Source of the DNA: an uncultured delta proteobacterium
GTDB taxonomy: Bacteria > Myxococcota_A > Polyangia > Fen-1088
DNA: 64,000 bases
NCBI GenBank assembly: GCA_963767925.1
Contig: CAVYGB010000008.1
Span: 2,080,001 to 2,144,000, forward strand
Reading direction: 5' to 3'
Made by a program: the position numbers and the translations under genes. The notes under the pieces were generated by a model. The model was not told the DNA's origin. It made no database searches and saw only the letters and a list, made by a program, of their open reading frames with translations. Positions 20,193-31,684 of the stretch are shown piece by piece; position 1 is the first letter of the stretch, and each line of letters opens with the position of its first letter.

Positions 20193-20528
20193 TCAGCCTC
20201 GTCTCGCCCGCTCGCCGGGCGAGGAGGCACGCCTCGTCTGTCTGCGCTTGAGGTTGCTGTCGGGCTTCTGCCGGTTGCTCGCTCCCCGGGTCGACTTGCG
20301 GGACGGACGCTTCTTCGAGTCTTCGAGAGCATACGCTGCCTTCCGGGCCGCGGCTTTCGACCGATTGCGGGCGGCCGTGGATGCACCGCCCGCCTTGCGG
20401 TCGGTGGCGCTCACTCCTGGCTGGGCGGTGTCCACGGGGACGTCTCGGCGGGGCGCCTTGTCCTTCTTGGGTCGCCCGGGCCCGGAGCGCTCGGCCTGGT
20501 ATCGGAAGCGCTCGCTCTTTGTACCCAT
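20193..20528 (-). CDS. Small very basic hypothetical protein
   Basis: MGTKSERFRYQAERS...YALEDSKKRPSRKSTR; fills gap between fadE and DUF2254, GAGGGG RBS. Confidence 0.7.
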   Translation of the reverse strand: MGTKSERFRYQAERSGPGRPKKDKAPRRDVPVDTAQPGVSATDRKAGGASTAARNRSKAAARKAAYALEDSKKRPSRKSTRGASNRQKPDSNLKRRQTRRASSPGERARRG

Positions 20529-20657
20529 GCCCCTCATTTGTGCCGTAGTTTTCGCGGCCGCGTCCCGAACGAGCCGACGGGCGGCCCACCCGGCTGCCCG
20601 ATTTTTCCGGCCCGCGTCTTCTTCGAAGAACAGGTTCTGGCGGGAGGAGCGCCAGCC

Positions 20658-23009
20658 TCAGTCCCGGACGACGAAGGGGCGCGGGCGGGCAGGTGGTGAT
20701 TCCCATACCCCGGCGGCCGGGGGCGCCGACGGCTCGAAGCTGTCCACCTGGATCACCTCGTCCCGCACGATGTCCGCCTCCCGCAGGCGGGCGCGTTCCT
20801 CGGCACTGATCACCCCCGCGGCCAGAGCCAGGTCCGCCGCGCCATCGCCCGGCGCGCGATCGATGACCCCGGCCCGCACCGCGGCCCGGATCTTGGCCTC
20901 GATGGCCAGCGCCTCCTTGCAGTGGGCCAGGGCGTCCTCCAGACGGCCGAGTCCCGGCTCGGCGGCGGGCGGCAGGTAGATCCCGGCGGTCAGCCGCTCG
21001 CGCAACGAGCCGTCGTCGAGCAGTGCCTGCGCGACCTGGGCGCCGCGCTCGTCGGTGGGCGGGCGAAGCCGGGGCCCCCAGGGAAAGACCACGGGGCGCA
21101 GCAGCCAGGCCGCCGGTCGCAGGGGCAGGTTGTCGAGCAGCCCTCTCAGCGCCTCCTCGACGTTGAACGAAGCGTGCTCCAGGCTCCAGCGGACCAGTGG
21201 CAGATCGGCGTCGCGCTGTCCCTCGTCGGCGAACTTCTTCAGCGCCGCCGTGCCGAGATACAGCCAGGCGAGCGCGTCCGCCAGACGGCCGCTCAGCTTC
21301 TCGCGGCGCTTGAGCTTGCCGCCCACGGTGGCCATGGCCGCGTCGGACAGCAGGGCGAAGGCGGCCGATTGCCGCGACAGCCGGCCGGCCAGCCGGCGGA
21401 CCGGCCGCCGCACCGACCTGGGGCCGGAGAAGCGCCCACCGACCAGCCCGCGAAAAAAGGCGCGGGCGGCGTTGCGGAGCACGAAGCCCAGGTGGGCCAG
21501 AAACGCGCGCTCGAAGCGGGCGGCGTCGCCGTCCGCGGCCGCCATCATCTCCTCGCGCACGAACGGGTGGCACCGGATGGCCCCCTGGCCGTAGATGATC
21601 ATGGACCGGGTGAGGATGTTGGCCCCCTCGACCGTGATGCCGATCGGCACCGCGCTGTACGCACGGGCGAGCACGTTGCGCGGCCCCCGGCAGATGGCGG
21701 CGCCCGCCCGGATGTCCATGGCGTCCGAGACCACCTTGCGCATGGCCTCGGTCAGGTAGGCCTTGACGATGGCCGAGACCACCGACGGCCGTTCGCCCGC
21801 GTCGATCGCTCCGCAGGTGATCCGACGGGCCGCCTCCATGAGGTAGGTCAGGCCTGCGATGCGCGCGAGCGGCTCCTCCACCCCCTCGAACCGCCCGATC
21901 GGCGTATCGAACTGCTCGCGCACGAGGCCGTAGGCGCTGACCAGCCGGGTCGCCACCTTGGCGGCCCCGACCGAGAGCGCCGGCAGCGAGATGCCGCGAC
22001 CAGCGGCCAGGCTCTCCATCAGCATGCGCCAGCCCTGTCCGGCGCCCTGCCGCCCGCCGATGAGCAGATCCAGGGGAATGAAGACCTGCTCGCCCTCGAT
22101 GGGGCCGTTGTGGAAGGGCACGCCCATCGGATCGTGCCGGCGGCCGATGGTGATCCCCGCCAGATCGCTCGGGACCAGCGCGCAGGTGATCCCGAGATCT
22201 TCGGCGCCACCCAGCAGCCGTTGGGGGTCCTTCAGCCGGAAGGCCAGCCCGATCAGCGTGGCGACGGGCGCCAGGGTAATGTAGCGCTTGCGCCAGTCGA
22301 GCCGGACGCCGAGGACCTGCTGTCCCTTCCAGGTGCCATGGCAGACCACGCCCGTGCTCTGGGTGGCAGCCGCGTCGCTGCCGGCCTCTGGCCCGGTGAG
22401 GGCGAAGCAGGGGATCTCGTCACCCGCGGCCAGTCGCGGCAGATAGTCCCGCTTCTGGGCCTCGGTCCCGTAGTGCAGCAGGAGCTCGGCCGGTCCCAGC
22501 GAATTGGGCACCATGACCGTGACGGCCGCCGTGATGCTCCGGCTCGCCAGCTTGGCCACGACCGCCGAGTGCGCCTCGGCGGAAAAACCCAGGCCGCCGT
22601 GCGCCTCGGGGATCACCATCCCGAAGAACTTCTCGCGCTTCAGAAAGCTCCAGACCTCCGGAGGCAGGTCTCCCCGCTTCTCCACCTCCCACTCGTCCAC
22701 CATCGCGCACAGCCGCTCGACCGGCCCGGCCAGGAAGGCCTGCTCCCGCGCATCGAGGGCCCTCGGCTCGAAGGCCAGCAGCTTGTCCCAGTCCGGGTTG
22801 CCCGAGAACAGATCGCCATCCCAGAACACCGTCCCCGCCTCGAGCGCCACCCGCTCGGTCTCGCCGATCCGGGGCATCACCCGGCGGAACAGCCGCACGG
22901 CCAGCGGCGCGATCGTGCGCTGGCGCAGCCAGGGCACCACGAAGAGGGAAAGAAGCAGGATCAGCGCCAGGCCAATCACGACCACGGAGACCGACATGAA
23001 GGTCACCAT
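20658..23009 (-). CDS. fadE: Acyl-CoA dehydrogenase (FadE-type, N-terminal TM)
   Basis: ALEAGT, VMVPNSLGP, FALTGPEAGSDA, ITVEGANILTR, GQGAIRCHP. Confidence 0.92.
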   Translation of the reverse strand: MVTFMSVSVVVIGLALILLLSLFVVPWLRQRTIAPLAVRLFRRVMPRIGETERVALEAGTVFWDGDLFSGNPDWDKLLAFEPRALDAREQAFLAGPVERLCAMVDEWEVEKRGDLPPEVWSFLKREKFFGMVIPEAHGGLGFSAEAHSAVVAKLASRSITAAVTVMVPNSLGPAELLLHYGTEAQKRDYLPRLAAGDEIPCFALTGPEAGSDAAATQSTGVVCHGTWKGQQVLGVRLDWRKRYITLAPVATLIGLAFRLKDPQRLLGGAEDLGITCALVPSDLAGITIGRRHDPMGVPFHNGPIEGEQVFIPLDLLIGGRQGAGQGWRMLMESLAAGRGISLPALSVGAAKVATRLVSAYGLVREQFDTPIGRFEGVEEPLARIAGLTYLMEAARRITCGAIDAGERPSVVSAIVKAYLTEAMRKVVSDAMDIRAGAAICRGPRNVLARAYSAVPIGITVEGANILTRSMIIYGQGAIRCHPFVREEMMAAADGDAARFERAFLAHLGFVLRNAARAFFRGLVGGRFSGPRSVRRPVRRLAGRLSRQSAAFALLSDAAMATVGGKLKRREKLSGRLADALAWLYLGTAALKKFADEGQRDADLPLVRWSLEHASFNVEEALRGLLDNLPLRPAAWLLRPVVFPWGPRLRPPTDERGAQVAQALLDDGSLRERLTAGIYLPPAAEPGLGRLEDALAHCKEALAIEAKIRAAVRAGVIDRAPGDGAADLALAAGVISAEERARLREADIVRDEVIQVDSFEPSAPPAAGVWESPPARPRPFVVRD

Positions 23010-23368
23010 AGGCCCATTTGCCTGGTTCCCGATGAAATACGACCATCGAGCCGGGCTCCGACCCTGCGGCAGCCGCGCGCGGCCCACAGGCTTCACGCCC
23101 GCCGATATTTCAGTGAAAGGGCAGTTTCGGGGCTAAGAAGACCGCTCCGGCAGGTCTACGACGCGGGCAAGCTGGCCGACGAGCTGGCGGGCGGTGGCGC
23201 CTGAAGCAGCATTCGATGGAACGCCCGACGGCCGCCAGGGCATCGCCACGATAGGATCACCTCGCCGGTGAGCGCCTCTCTTCTCCGATAGCGCTGCGGT
23301 GCTGCGGCCCCTCCGTTCCGCGGGCGAACGCCTGCGCCGCCCGGGCCCTGGTAACCTCGCCATCCATC

Positions 23369-23605
23369 ATGGATTCGACCTCTCACGACCTGCTGGTCAT
23401 CGGCAGCGGACCTGCCGGAAGCAGCGCCGCGGTGGCCGCCGCCTCCTTCGGCAAACGCGTGGCCATCGTGGAGCGCGAAATGGCCCTGCTCGCCGAGGCG
23501 GGTGCCAGCCTCTTCGATCGGTCCTGTCTCAATTTTCCAACCCTTGGCAACCTCTACAAGCTGGCCACTTACGACGCCCTCCTGCAACGACTGGACCTCG
23601 GCGCG
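23369..23605 (+). pseudogene. sthA: Soluble pyridine-nucleotide transhydrogenase-like gene reduced to N- and C-termini
   Basis: DLLVIGSGPAG...VAIVERE fused in frame to NFPTLGNLYKLATYDAL. Confidence 0.65.
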
Positions 23606-23639
23606 AGCGGCGGGATGAAGCCTGCAGCTGCCCCGCTGC

Positions 23640-24235
23640 TGGTCGACGACACGGCCCTGTGGGTGGTTCGCCCCCGGGTCGCACTCGCGGGCGTCTCTCG
23701 TCTCGGGACTTTTCTGGCCGGATCCCACATCACGCTCGATGCCGGAAAGTCCAGGGACAGGCGGCGCGCGTTCACCGGGCTGGAGCCCCCCCCGGCGATC
23801 CCATCGGATGAACCGGGCCGCCCCTTCGTCCTGCGCTCGAAGGACCCGGGCTCGCTGGACGTCGGGTCACCGGTTTACTTCCGACGATTTCGCGTGGGTC
23901 AGGTCACCACCGTCGCCTTCGATCGCGAGGGCGTGAGCCTGCGGTCTTCATCAGAGCTCCCTACGACGGGTTCGTGACCACGGGCGTCCGCTTCTGGAAC
24001 GACAGCGAGGTCCACCTGGCGATGGACGCCACGGGCTTCCGGCTGGACACCCAGGCATTGATGTCGCTGCTGGTGGGCGGCCTGGCGTTCGAGCTGCCGC
24101 CCCGGGCCGAGCCGGGTGTGCGCGCTCCCGCGGGCGCGGAGTTCACGGCCTTTGCCGATCGGCGGACGGCCATGCGCCGCCCGGACGTCGCGACCGACAC
24201 CTACGTCCTGAGGTTCAGGGGATCGGTGGCCTTCA
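23640..24235 (+). pseudogene. PqiB/MCE-domain fragment
   Basis: WVVRPRV...GSLDVGSPVYFRRFRVGQV; RFWNDS...LLVGGLAF; frameshift. Confidence 0.75.
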
Positions 24236-24239
24236 AATT

Positions 24240-24800
24240 CGTCGCGCTGTTCCTGCTCTCGCAGGCCGCCTGCGCAACGTCGAGGGCCGAGCACTTTTTC
24301 GTCCTCACCGACGTGGAACGAGCGGCTTCACCGCCTTCGGGATCTTACGCCGGCAGCCTGGTGGTCGATCCCGTCTCGCTGCCCGAGCTGGTGGATCGTC
24401 CCCAGTTCGTGATCCGGGGCGAGGGCGGCCGGGTCGTCATCCTCGAACAGCAGCGCTGGGCCGAACCGCTCTGGTCGGGCGTCGCCCGGCTCATGGCCGC
24501 TCAGCTCGGGCGTCTTCTGGGAACGACCTCGGTGTCCTCCAGCGACGGCGTGCTGGCGCGGCCAGACCACCGCGTGGCCGTCGACATAAGGACGCTCGAC
24601 TCTGCGCCGGGTCGCGGCGTGACCGTCGAGGCCCTGTGGAGCGTGAGGGCGCGGATGGCACGAGCAAGACCGGGTACTCGCGGGGGCAAGCACCGAGCCC
24701 GGATGGAGACTACGGCGCCCTGGTGGCAGCGCTCGCCCGGGCCCTGGCCGCTGTGAGCCAGGACATAGCTGCCGTGGTGGCAGGCAAGCAGCCTCGCTGA
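24240..24800 (+). pseudogene. PqiC-like lipoprotein, frameshifted
   Basis: VDPVSLPELVDRPQFV...QRWAEPL. Confidence 0.7.
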
Positions 24801-24884
24801 CCCCGGACGAACGCTCTGTCCGACTGGCTGCCGGATCCGGGAAACCATCAGCCTCGATCGTGCCGGCCACCGTGGACGATCGGC

Positions 24885-25331
24885 TCATCCCCTGGGACGG
24901 GGCACGAGCACCAGCGGGCACGGAGCCGTCTTCAGCACCGATCCGGCCACGCTGCCCATCACGACGTGGCGGATTGCGCTGGAGCCGTGGCTGCCGAGCA
25001 CGATCAGCCGCGCACCGCGGGCCACCGCCCGGGCGACAATCTCGTCGGCCGGGGCCCCGAACCGACTTTCACCGCGGCAGGGCACCCCGGCTTGCTCGAC
25101 CCGCGCGAGCCTTTCGGCCAGCGCTGCTTCGCCCGTACCGACCTCCTTGGATCCCGGAGGCACGGGCACGATGTCCAGGGTGGGCGGAAACGAGGCGGTC
25201 CCCACCAGGTGCACGTGCAGCACCTCGATCTCCGCTGACAGCTCCTGGGCCAGCTCCACCGCATGCTCGAGGGCGCGATCGGCCGACGCCGAGAAGTCCG
25301 TAGCCAACAGCAGGACGCCGCCTTTTGCCAT
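24885..25331 (-). CDS. Single-domain universal stress protein
   Basis: LLATDFS, LIVLGSHG...MGSVA...APCPLVLV. Confidence 0.88.
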   Translation of the reverse strand: MAKGGVLLLATDFSASADRALEHAVELAQELSAEIEVLHVHLVGTASFPPTLDIVPVPPGSKEVGTGEAALAERLARVEQAGVPCRGESRFGAPADEIVARAVARGARLIVLGSHGSSAIRHVVMGSVAGSVLKTAPCPLVLVPRPRG

Positions 25332-25760
25332 GTCGACAAGATAGCCGACAGACTCGCCGCACGCGAACGCCGCTGACGGCACTCGAGCTGCCTGCCTGCC
25401 CGAACGCCGGAATCGGTGCTCGGCCCCGAAGGCCGAGGATCCAGGCGGAGCGTGACCGATCGCCTCACCCGGACAGTCGTCACGCCGACGTGTGCTGGCT
25501 CGCCAGACCGTCCGGTTCCTGCAAGAGACACATGCCTGCCCTGGACGGCCTCCCTCCTCCCGGTAGTTACTTGGCATACCAATCATTCGATGTTACCTTC
25601 TCTAGTGTCTCCACCGCAGCGGCGCTGGCGCCGGATCGGACGCTGGCCAGGTGAGCGCGGGCGCCCGCGCGCGACCGAGACACGCAGGTTGGGGGTAATG
25701 CGGGGGGCCGAGAACGACGACCGTCGGTGTTTCTCGAACACATGAAGGGAGGCTTGAACC

Positions 25761-25937
25761 ATGATCTATCCTGCTCTGGCCAGTCTGATGATCGGGACAG
25801 TGTTGCTCGTCCTGGGGCTCGTGGGAGTCGTCAAGGGAGCGGCTGGTCTCGTGGCACTTGCGTTTCTGCTGTTTCTCGTCTTCGCGGGGACGGCCGTGAT
25901 GGAACCGCTGGTCCGCGGCCGCCTTGCCCGGCGATGA
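25761..25937 (+). CDS. 58-aa two-TM small membrane protein, DUF1328/YtjA-like
   Basis: MIYPALASLMIGTVLLVLGLVGVVKGAAGLVALAFLLFLVFAG...; GGAGG RBS; below ORF-track cutoff. Confidence 0.6.
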   Translation: MIYPALASLMIGTVLLVLGLVGVVKGAAGLVALAFLLFLVFAGTAVMEPLVRGRLARR

Positions 25938-26064
25938 GCGGTCTACCTGAATCGAGTGCCCCCGAGATTAACTGGCATGCCACATGATGGGCGCTGGTCC
26001 TTCTGGCGAAACCGCCCGGAGAGGTCGTCCAGCCGGGTCAGGGCGTGCGGCGAAAGGATGCACA

Positions 26065-27030
26065 ATGGGACGTGAACAAGACAACGATCATCAATGGGTC
26101 ATCGTGCTCGCCGCGGGAGAGGGGACCCGCCTGGCCTCCATCACGACCATGCTCCACGGGCATCCGGTCCCCAAGCAGTTCGCGACCTTGCTGGGGGACC
26201 GGTCGCTGCTGCAAAACACGCTCGAGCGCTCGGCAAACCTGGCGCCAGCGGTCAGGACGGTCGTCGTGGTGGCGGCCGACCGGGTCCCACTGGCCGAGGC
26301 GCAGATGGGCCGATACCCCGGGGTGCAGATCGTTTCCCAGCCGCTCGACCGGGGCACCGTGCCCGGACTCCTGCTTCCCCTCGCCCACGTCCTGGCCCGG
26401 GACCCCCAGGCCCGGGTGCTGGTGCTCCCCTCCGACCACGTCGTCTCCGATCAACCACGGTTCCACGAAGCCTGCCGCCGCGCGCTCCGGGCGGCGGACG
26501 AAGCGCCTTGCGGCGTGGCTCTGATCGGCGCCACCGCCACCATGCCCGCCACCGACCTCGGATGGATCAGCCTGGGGGATCCCGAGAGACCCGGACCCGC
26601 CGGAAGTCCGGTTCGAAGGTTTCTGGAGAAACCCGACCAGGAGATCGCCCAGGCCCTGTTCGAGAGCGGCGCCCTGTGGAACACTTTGATCCTGGCCGCG
26701 ACCGGGAACGCCCTCTGGGCGCTGGCCGCCCGGAAGCTGCCCGCGATCGGCGCTGAGCTGGCCTGTTACCGCGTCGCCATTGGCCGCCCGGAGGCGCCCC
26801 GACTGTTGGAGGACCTCTACGCCCGCATCCCCTCGGCCGACCTGAGCCGGGACGTGCTCGAAAAGGCGACCGGGTTGGCCGCCGTCGCGCTGACGGGGGC
26901 CGGCTGGACCGACTGCGGAACTCCCCAGCGCGTCCTGGATCTTCTCGGCTCCGATGAGGTTCGACGGCGCTTCAGCTCGCACAGTGATCAGGGCGGCGGC
27001 GGCCTGCAGGGGCAAGTCTTTTGCAAGTGA
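26065..27030 (+). CDS. Sugar-phosphate nucleotidyltransferase (mannose-1-phosphate guanylyltransferase-like)
   Basis: IVLAAGEGTRL, PKQF, LPSDH, FLEKP, WN, GWTDCGTP. Confidence 0.88.
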   Translation: MGREQDNDHQWVIVLAAGEGTRLASITTMLHGHPVPKQFATLLGDRSLLQNTLERSANLAPAVRTVVVVAADRVPLAEAQMGRYPGVQIVSQPLDRGTVPGLLLPLAHVLARDPQARVLVLPSDHVVSDQPRFHEACRRALRAADEAPCGVALIGATATMPATDLGWISLGDPERPGPAGSPVRRFLEKPDQEIAQALFESGALWNTLILAATGNALWALAARKLPAIGAELACYRVAIGRPEAPRLLEDLYARIPSADLSRDVLEKATGLAAVALTGAGWTDCGTPQRVLDLLGSDEVRRRFSSHSDQGGGGLQGQVFCK

Positions 27031-27082
27031 AGCCCAGCTTCATTCGTCCAAGAAGATTCGGACCATCGGAAAGGAGGAGATC

Positions 27083-28054
27083 ATGAAAGCGATCGCACAG
27101 GACACTTATGGCTCGGCCGACGTCCTGGAGCTCCGAGATCTGGATACTCCCGCCATCGGAGACGAAGACGTGCTGGTGCGGGTTCGCGCGGCGAGTGTGG
27201 ATCGTGGGGTCTGGCACCTCATGACGGGAATGCCGTACCTCTTGCGCGTCATGGGCTTCGGGCTCCGCGCCCCCCGGACACGGGTGCGGGGCGAGGCCGT
27301 CGCTGGAAGCGTCGAGGCAGTGGGCAAAGAGGTCACGCAATTTCAGCCGGGCGACGAAGTCTTCGGCGTCTGCGAGGGCGCCTTCGCCGAATACGCACGC
27401 GCGAGGCCGGACAACCTGTCGATCAAGCCGGCCAGCCTCACCTTCGCCCAGGCCGCCAGCGTCCCCAACTCGGGCCTGACCGCGCTCCAGGCGCTTCGCG
27501 ACGCGGGCCAGGTCACCGCCGGACAGAGCGTCCTGATCATCGGCGCGTCGGGCGCCGTCGGGAGATACGCGGTGCAGCTCGCCAAGGCCTCGGGCGCCGA
27601 AGTGACCGGTGTCTGCAGTACGGGGAAGCTGGATCTCGTCAGCTCCCTCGGCGCCGACCACGTCATCGACTACACTCGCGAAGATCTCACCCGGACGGGG
27701 CGTCGATGGGACGTCATCCTCGACATGGCTGGCAACCGGCCGTTGTCCCTTCTGCGGCGCGCGCTCACCGCCCAGGGTACCCTCGTGATCATCGGCGGCG
27801 AAGGGGGGGATCGGTGGCTCGGCGGCGTCGATCGCCAGCTCCGGGCGGCGCTGCTGTCCCCGTTCGTGCGCCACACTCTGCGACCGCTGCTGTCGAGGCC
27901 GCGCCAGGCCGACCTGCAGTCTCTGAAGCAGCTCATCGACGCCGGCAAGCTCAAGCCAGTCATGGACAGGAAGTACCCTCTGGCCGAGGCGGCCAGCGCC
28001 ATCCGGTACCTGGCCGACGGGCGCGCACGCGGAAACGTGGTCCTGGAGGTGTGA
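27083..28054 (+). CDS. Zn-independent MDR / NAD(P)-dependent oxidoreductase
   Basis: MKAIAQDTYG, LIIGASGAVG, LGADHVIDY; AGGAG RBS. Confidence 0.9.
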   Translation: MKAIAQDTYGSADVLELRDLDTPAIGDEDVLVRVRAASVDRGVWHLMTGMPYLLRVMGFGLRAPRTRVRGEAVAGSVEAVGKEVTQFQPGDEVFGVCEGAFAEYARARPDNLSIKPASLTFAQAASVPNSGLTALQALRDAGQVTAGQSVLIIGASGAVGRYAVQLAKASGAEVTGVCSTGKLDLVSSLGADHVIDYTREDLTRTGRRWDVILDMAGNRPLSLLRRALTAQGTLVIIGGEGGDRWLGGVDRQLRAALLSPFVRHTLRPLLSRPRQADLQSLKQLIDAGKLKPVMDRKYPLAEAASAIRYLADGRARGNVVLEV

Positions 28055-28259
28055 CCGCCGCGAGGCCTCGATCTTTCGCCCGCCGGAAGATGTGGCACCG
28101 GGAGGGCTGACCACAACCGGCCTTCCGTGCCCTGGCATGGAGCCGCTCCCGGAACGCCTGCCAAGCGCTCTCCGCGCAGATCGGAATCGCACCATCTCCT
28201 CTGGCCTTTCGTCTGCGCTAGCCCCACCTTTTTCGGGTGAAGAGGGAGGTGGGAGGGTG

Positions 28260-28667
28260 ATGCCATCTCGAGTACGATTGAGGATCGTGGTGGCCTTCGC
28301 TGTGGTCGGCCTCGGCGCCTGTGCACACAGCCAGCCGATGCAGTCGAGTGCCCTCGTGCCGGCGGCCGAAGGGAAGGTGAAGGTCAGCAGGGGCGATAGT
28401 GGAAACACGAGACTGACCATGGAAGTGAAACACCTGGCGGATCCCGCGATGGTGGCGCCCGGCGCGAGCACCTACGTCGTCTGGATCCAGGAGCCCCATG
28501 CCGCAGCGCAGAACGTCGGCGCCTTGAAGGTGGGCAAGAACCGGCGGGGCGAGCTCAAGACCGTGACGCCCCATCAAACCTTCCAGGTCTTCATCACGGC
28601 CGAGCCCACCAGAGCGGCCCGGGCGCCGACGAACGAGCGTTTGATGTTCGCCAACGTTCGTCCGTAG
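28260..28667 (+). CDS. Putative lipoprotein
   Basis: Signal peptide with LGAC lipobox; GGAGG RBS. Confidence 0.78.
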   Translation: MPSRVRLRIVVAFAVVGLGACAHSQPMQSSALVPAAEGKVKVSRGDSGNTRLTMEVKHLADPAMVAPGASTYVVWIQEPHAAAQNVGALKVGKNRRGELKTVTPHQTFQVFITAEPTRAARAPTNERLMFANVRP

Positions 28668-28729
28668 GGGCACGAAATCCTGCCCCCTGGCGGAGGGGTC
28701 GTGGAGGCGGCCTACCCAGCCAGCCGCCA

Positions 28730-30922
<2,193 letters not shown>

Positions 30923-31071
30923 GGAGGCTCACTATGGGCCGGCGCGACGGCGCACTCAACCCCTGTCTTGGCGATCGAAGCCTCGCCGCCGGCCGCCCGT
31001 GAAAGAGGTCGGGCATCGGTCCTTTCACACACTTGGCATGCAAACTAAAATCATTTAACTTCCGGCGGTAG

Positions 31072-31536
31072 ATGACCAGGATGAAACCGGAGACCCCGGC
31101 ACTGAGCGGGGTCCTTGCTTTCCTGCAGCTGCTGTGGGCCCTGGATCACGGACTGCACGTGGTGTCGAAACGCATGGAGGCCGAACGCGGAGTCAGCGGC
31201 CAGCAGCGGCTCATCCTGCGGATCGTGGCCGAACATCCGCAGCTGTCGCCGGGCCAGCTTGCCGAGCTGCTCCACCTCGACGCCAGCACGGTGACGGGCC
31301 TCGTGAAACGGCTCGAGAAGCGAGGGATGGTCAGGCGATCGCCCGATCCTGACGACGGCCGGAGGGTGATCATCGGCCTGACCGACAAGGGCCGCCGCCT
31401 GAGTGCTTCCAGTCCCCACACGGTCGAGTCGCTGGTGCAGCAGGCCCTGGCGGTTTTTCCCCGAGCCAAGATCGAGGCCACCGAGGAGGTCCTCAGAACG
31501 CTCAGCAACGTCCTCGAGCGAGAAACGGAGGGCTGA
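31072..31536 (+). CDS. MarR-family transcriptional regulator
   Basis: LAELLHLDASTVTGLVKRLEKRG...DPDDGRR...LTDKG. Confidence 0.92.
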   Translation: MTRMKPETPALSGVLAFLQLLWALDHGLHVVSKRMEAERGVSGQQRLILRIVAEHPQLSPGQLAELLHLDASTVTGLVKRLEKRGMVRRSPDPDDGRRVIIGLTDKGRRLSASSPHTVESLVQQALAVFPRAKIEATEEVLRTLSNVLERETEG

Positions 31537-31684
31537 TCGAGGAGCCCGGAGGATCCCTCCGATCTTGGCCTGGATGGCGCCTCTTCCCTGTAGCCTGAAG
31601 CCGGGCGAAATTGCGGCAGATGTGCGTGCGCGGGACCGCCCCGTGACCGACCTCTGCCTTACCCTCGGTAGAGCAGCCGCGGGA

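Noticed and set aside
19765..23204. Long alternative ORFs 19765..21573 and 20922..23204
   Set aside because: Overlap fadE in other frames; Arg/Gly/Pro-rich shadow translations
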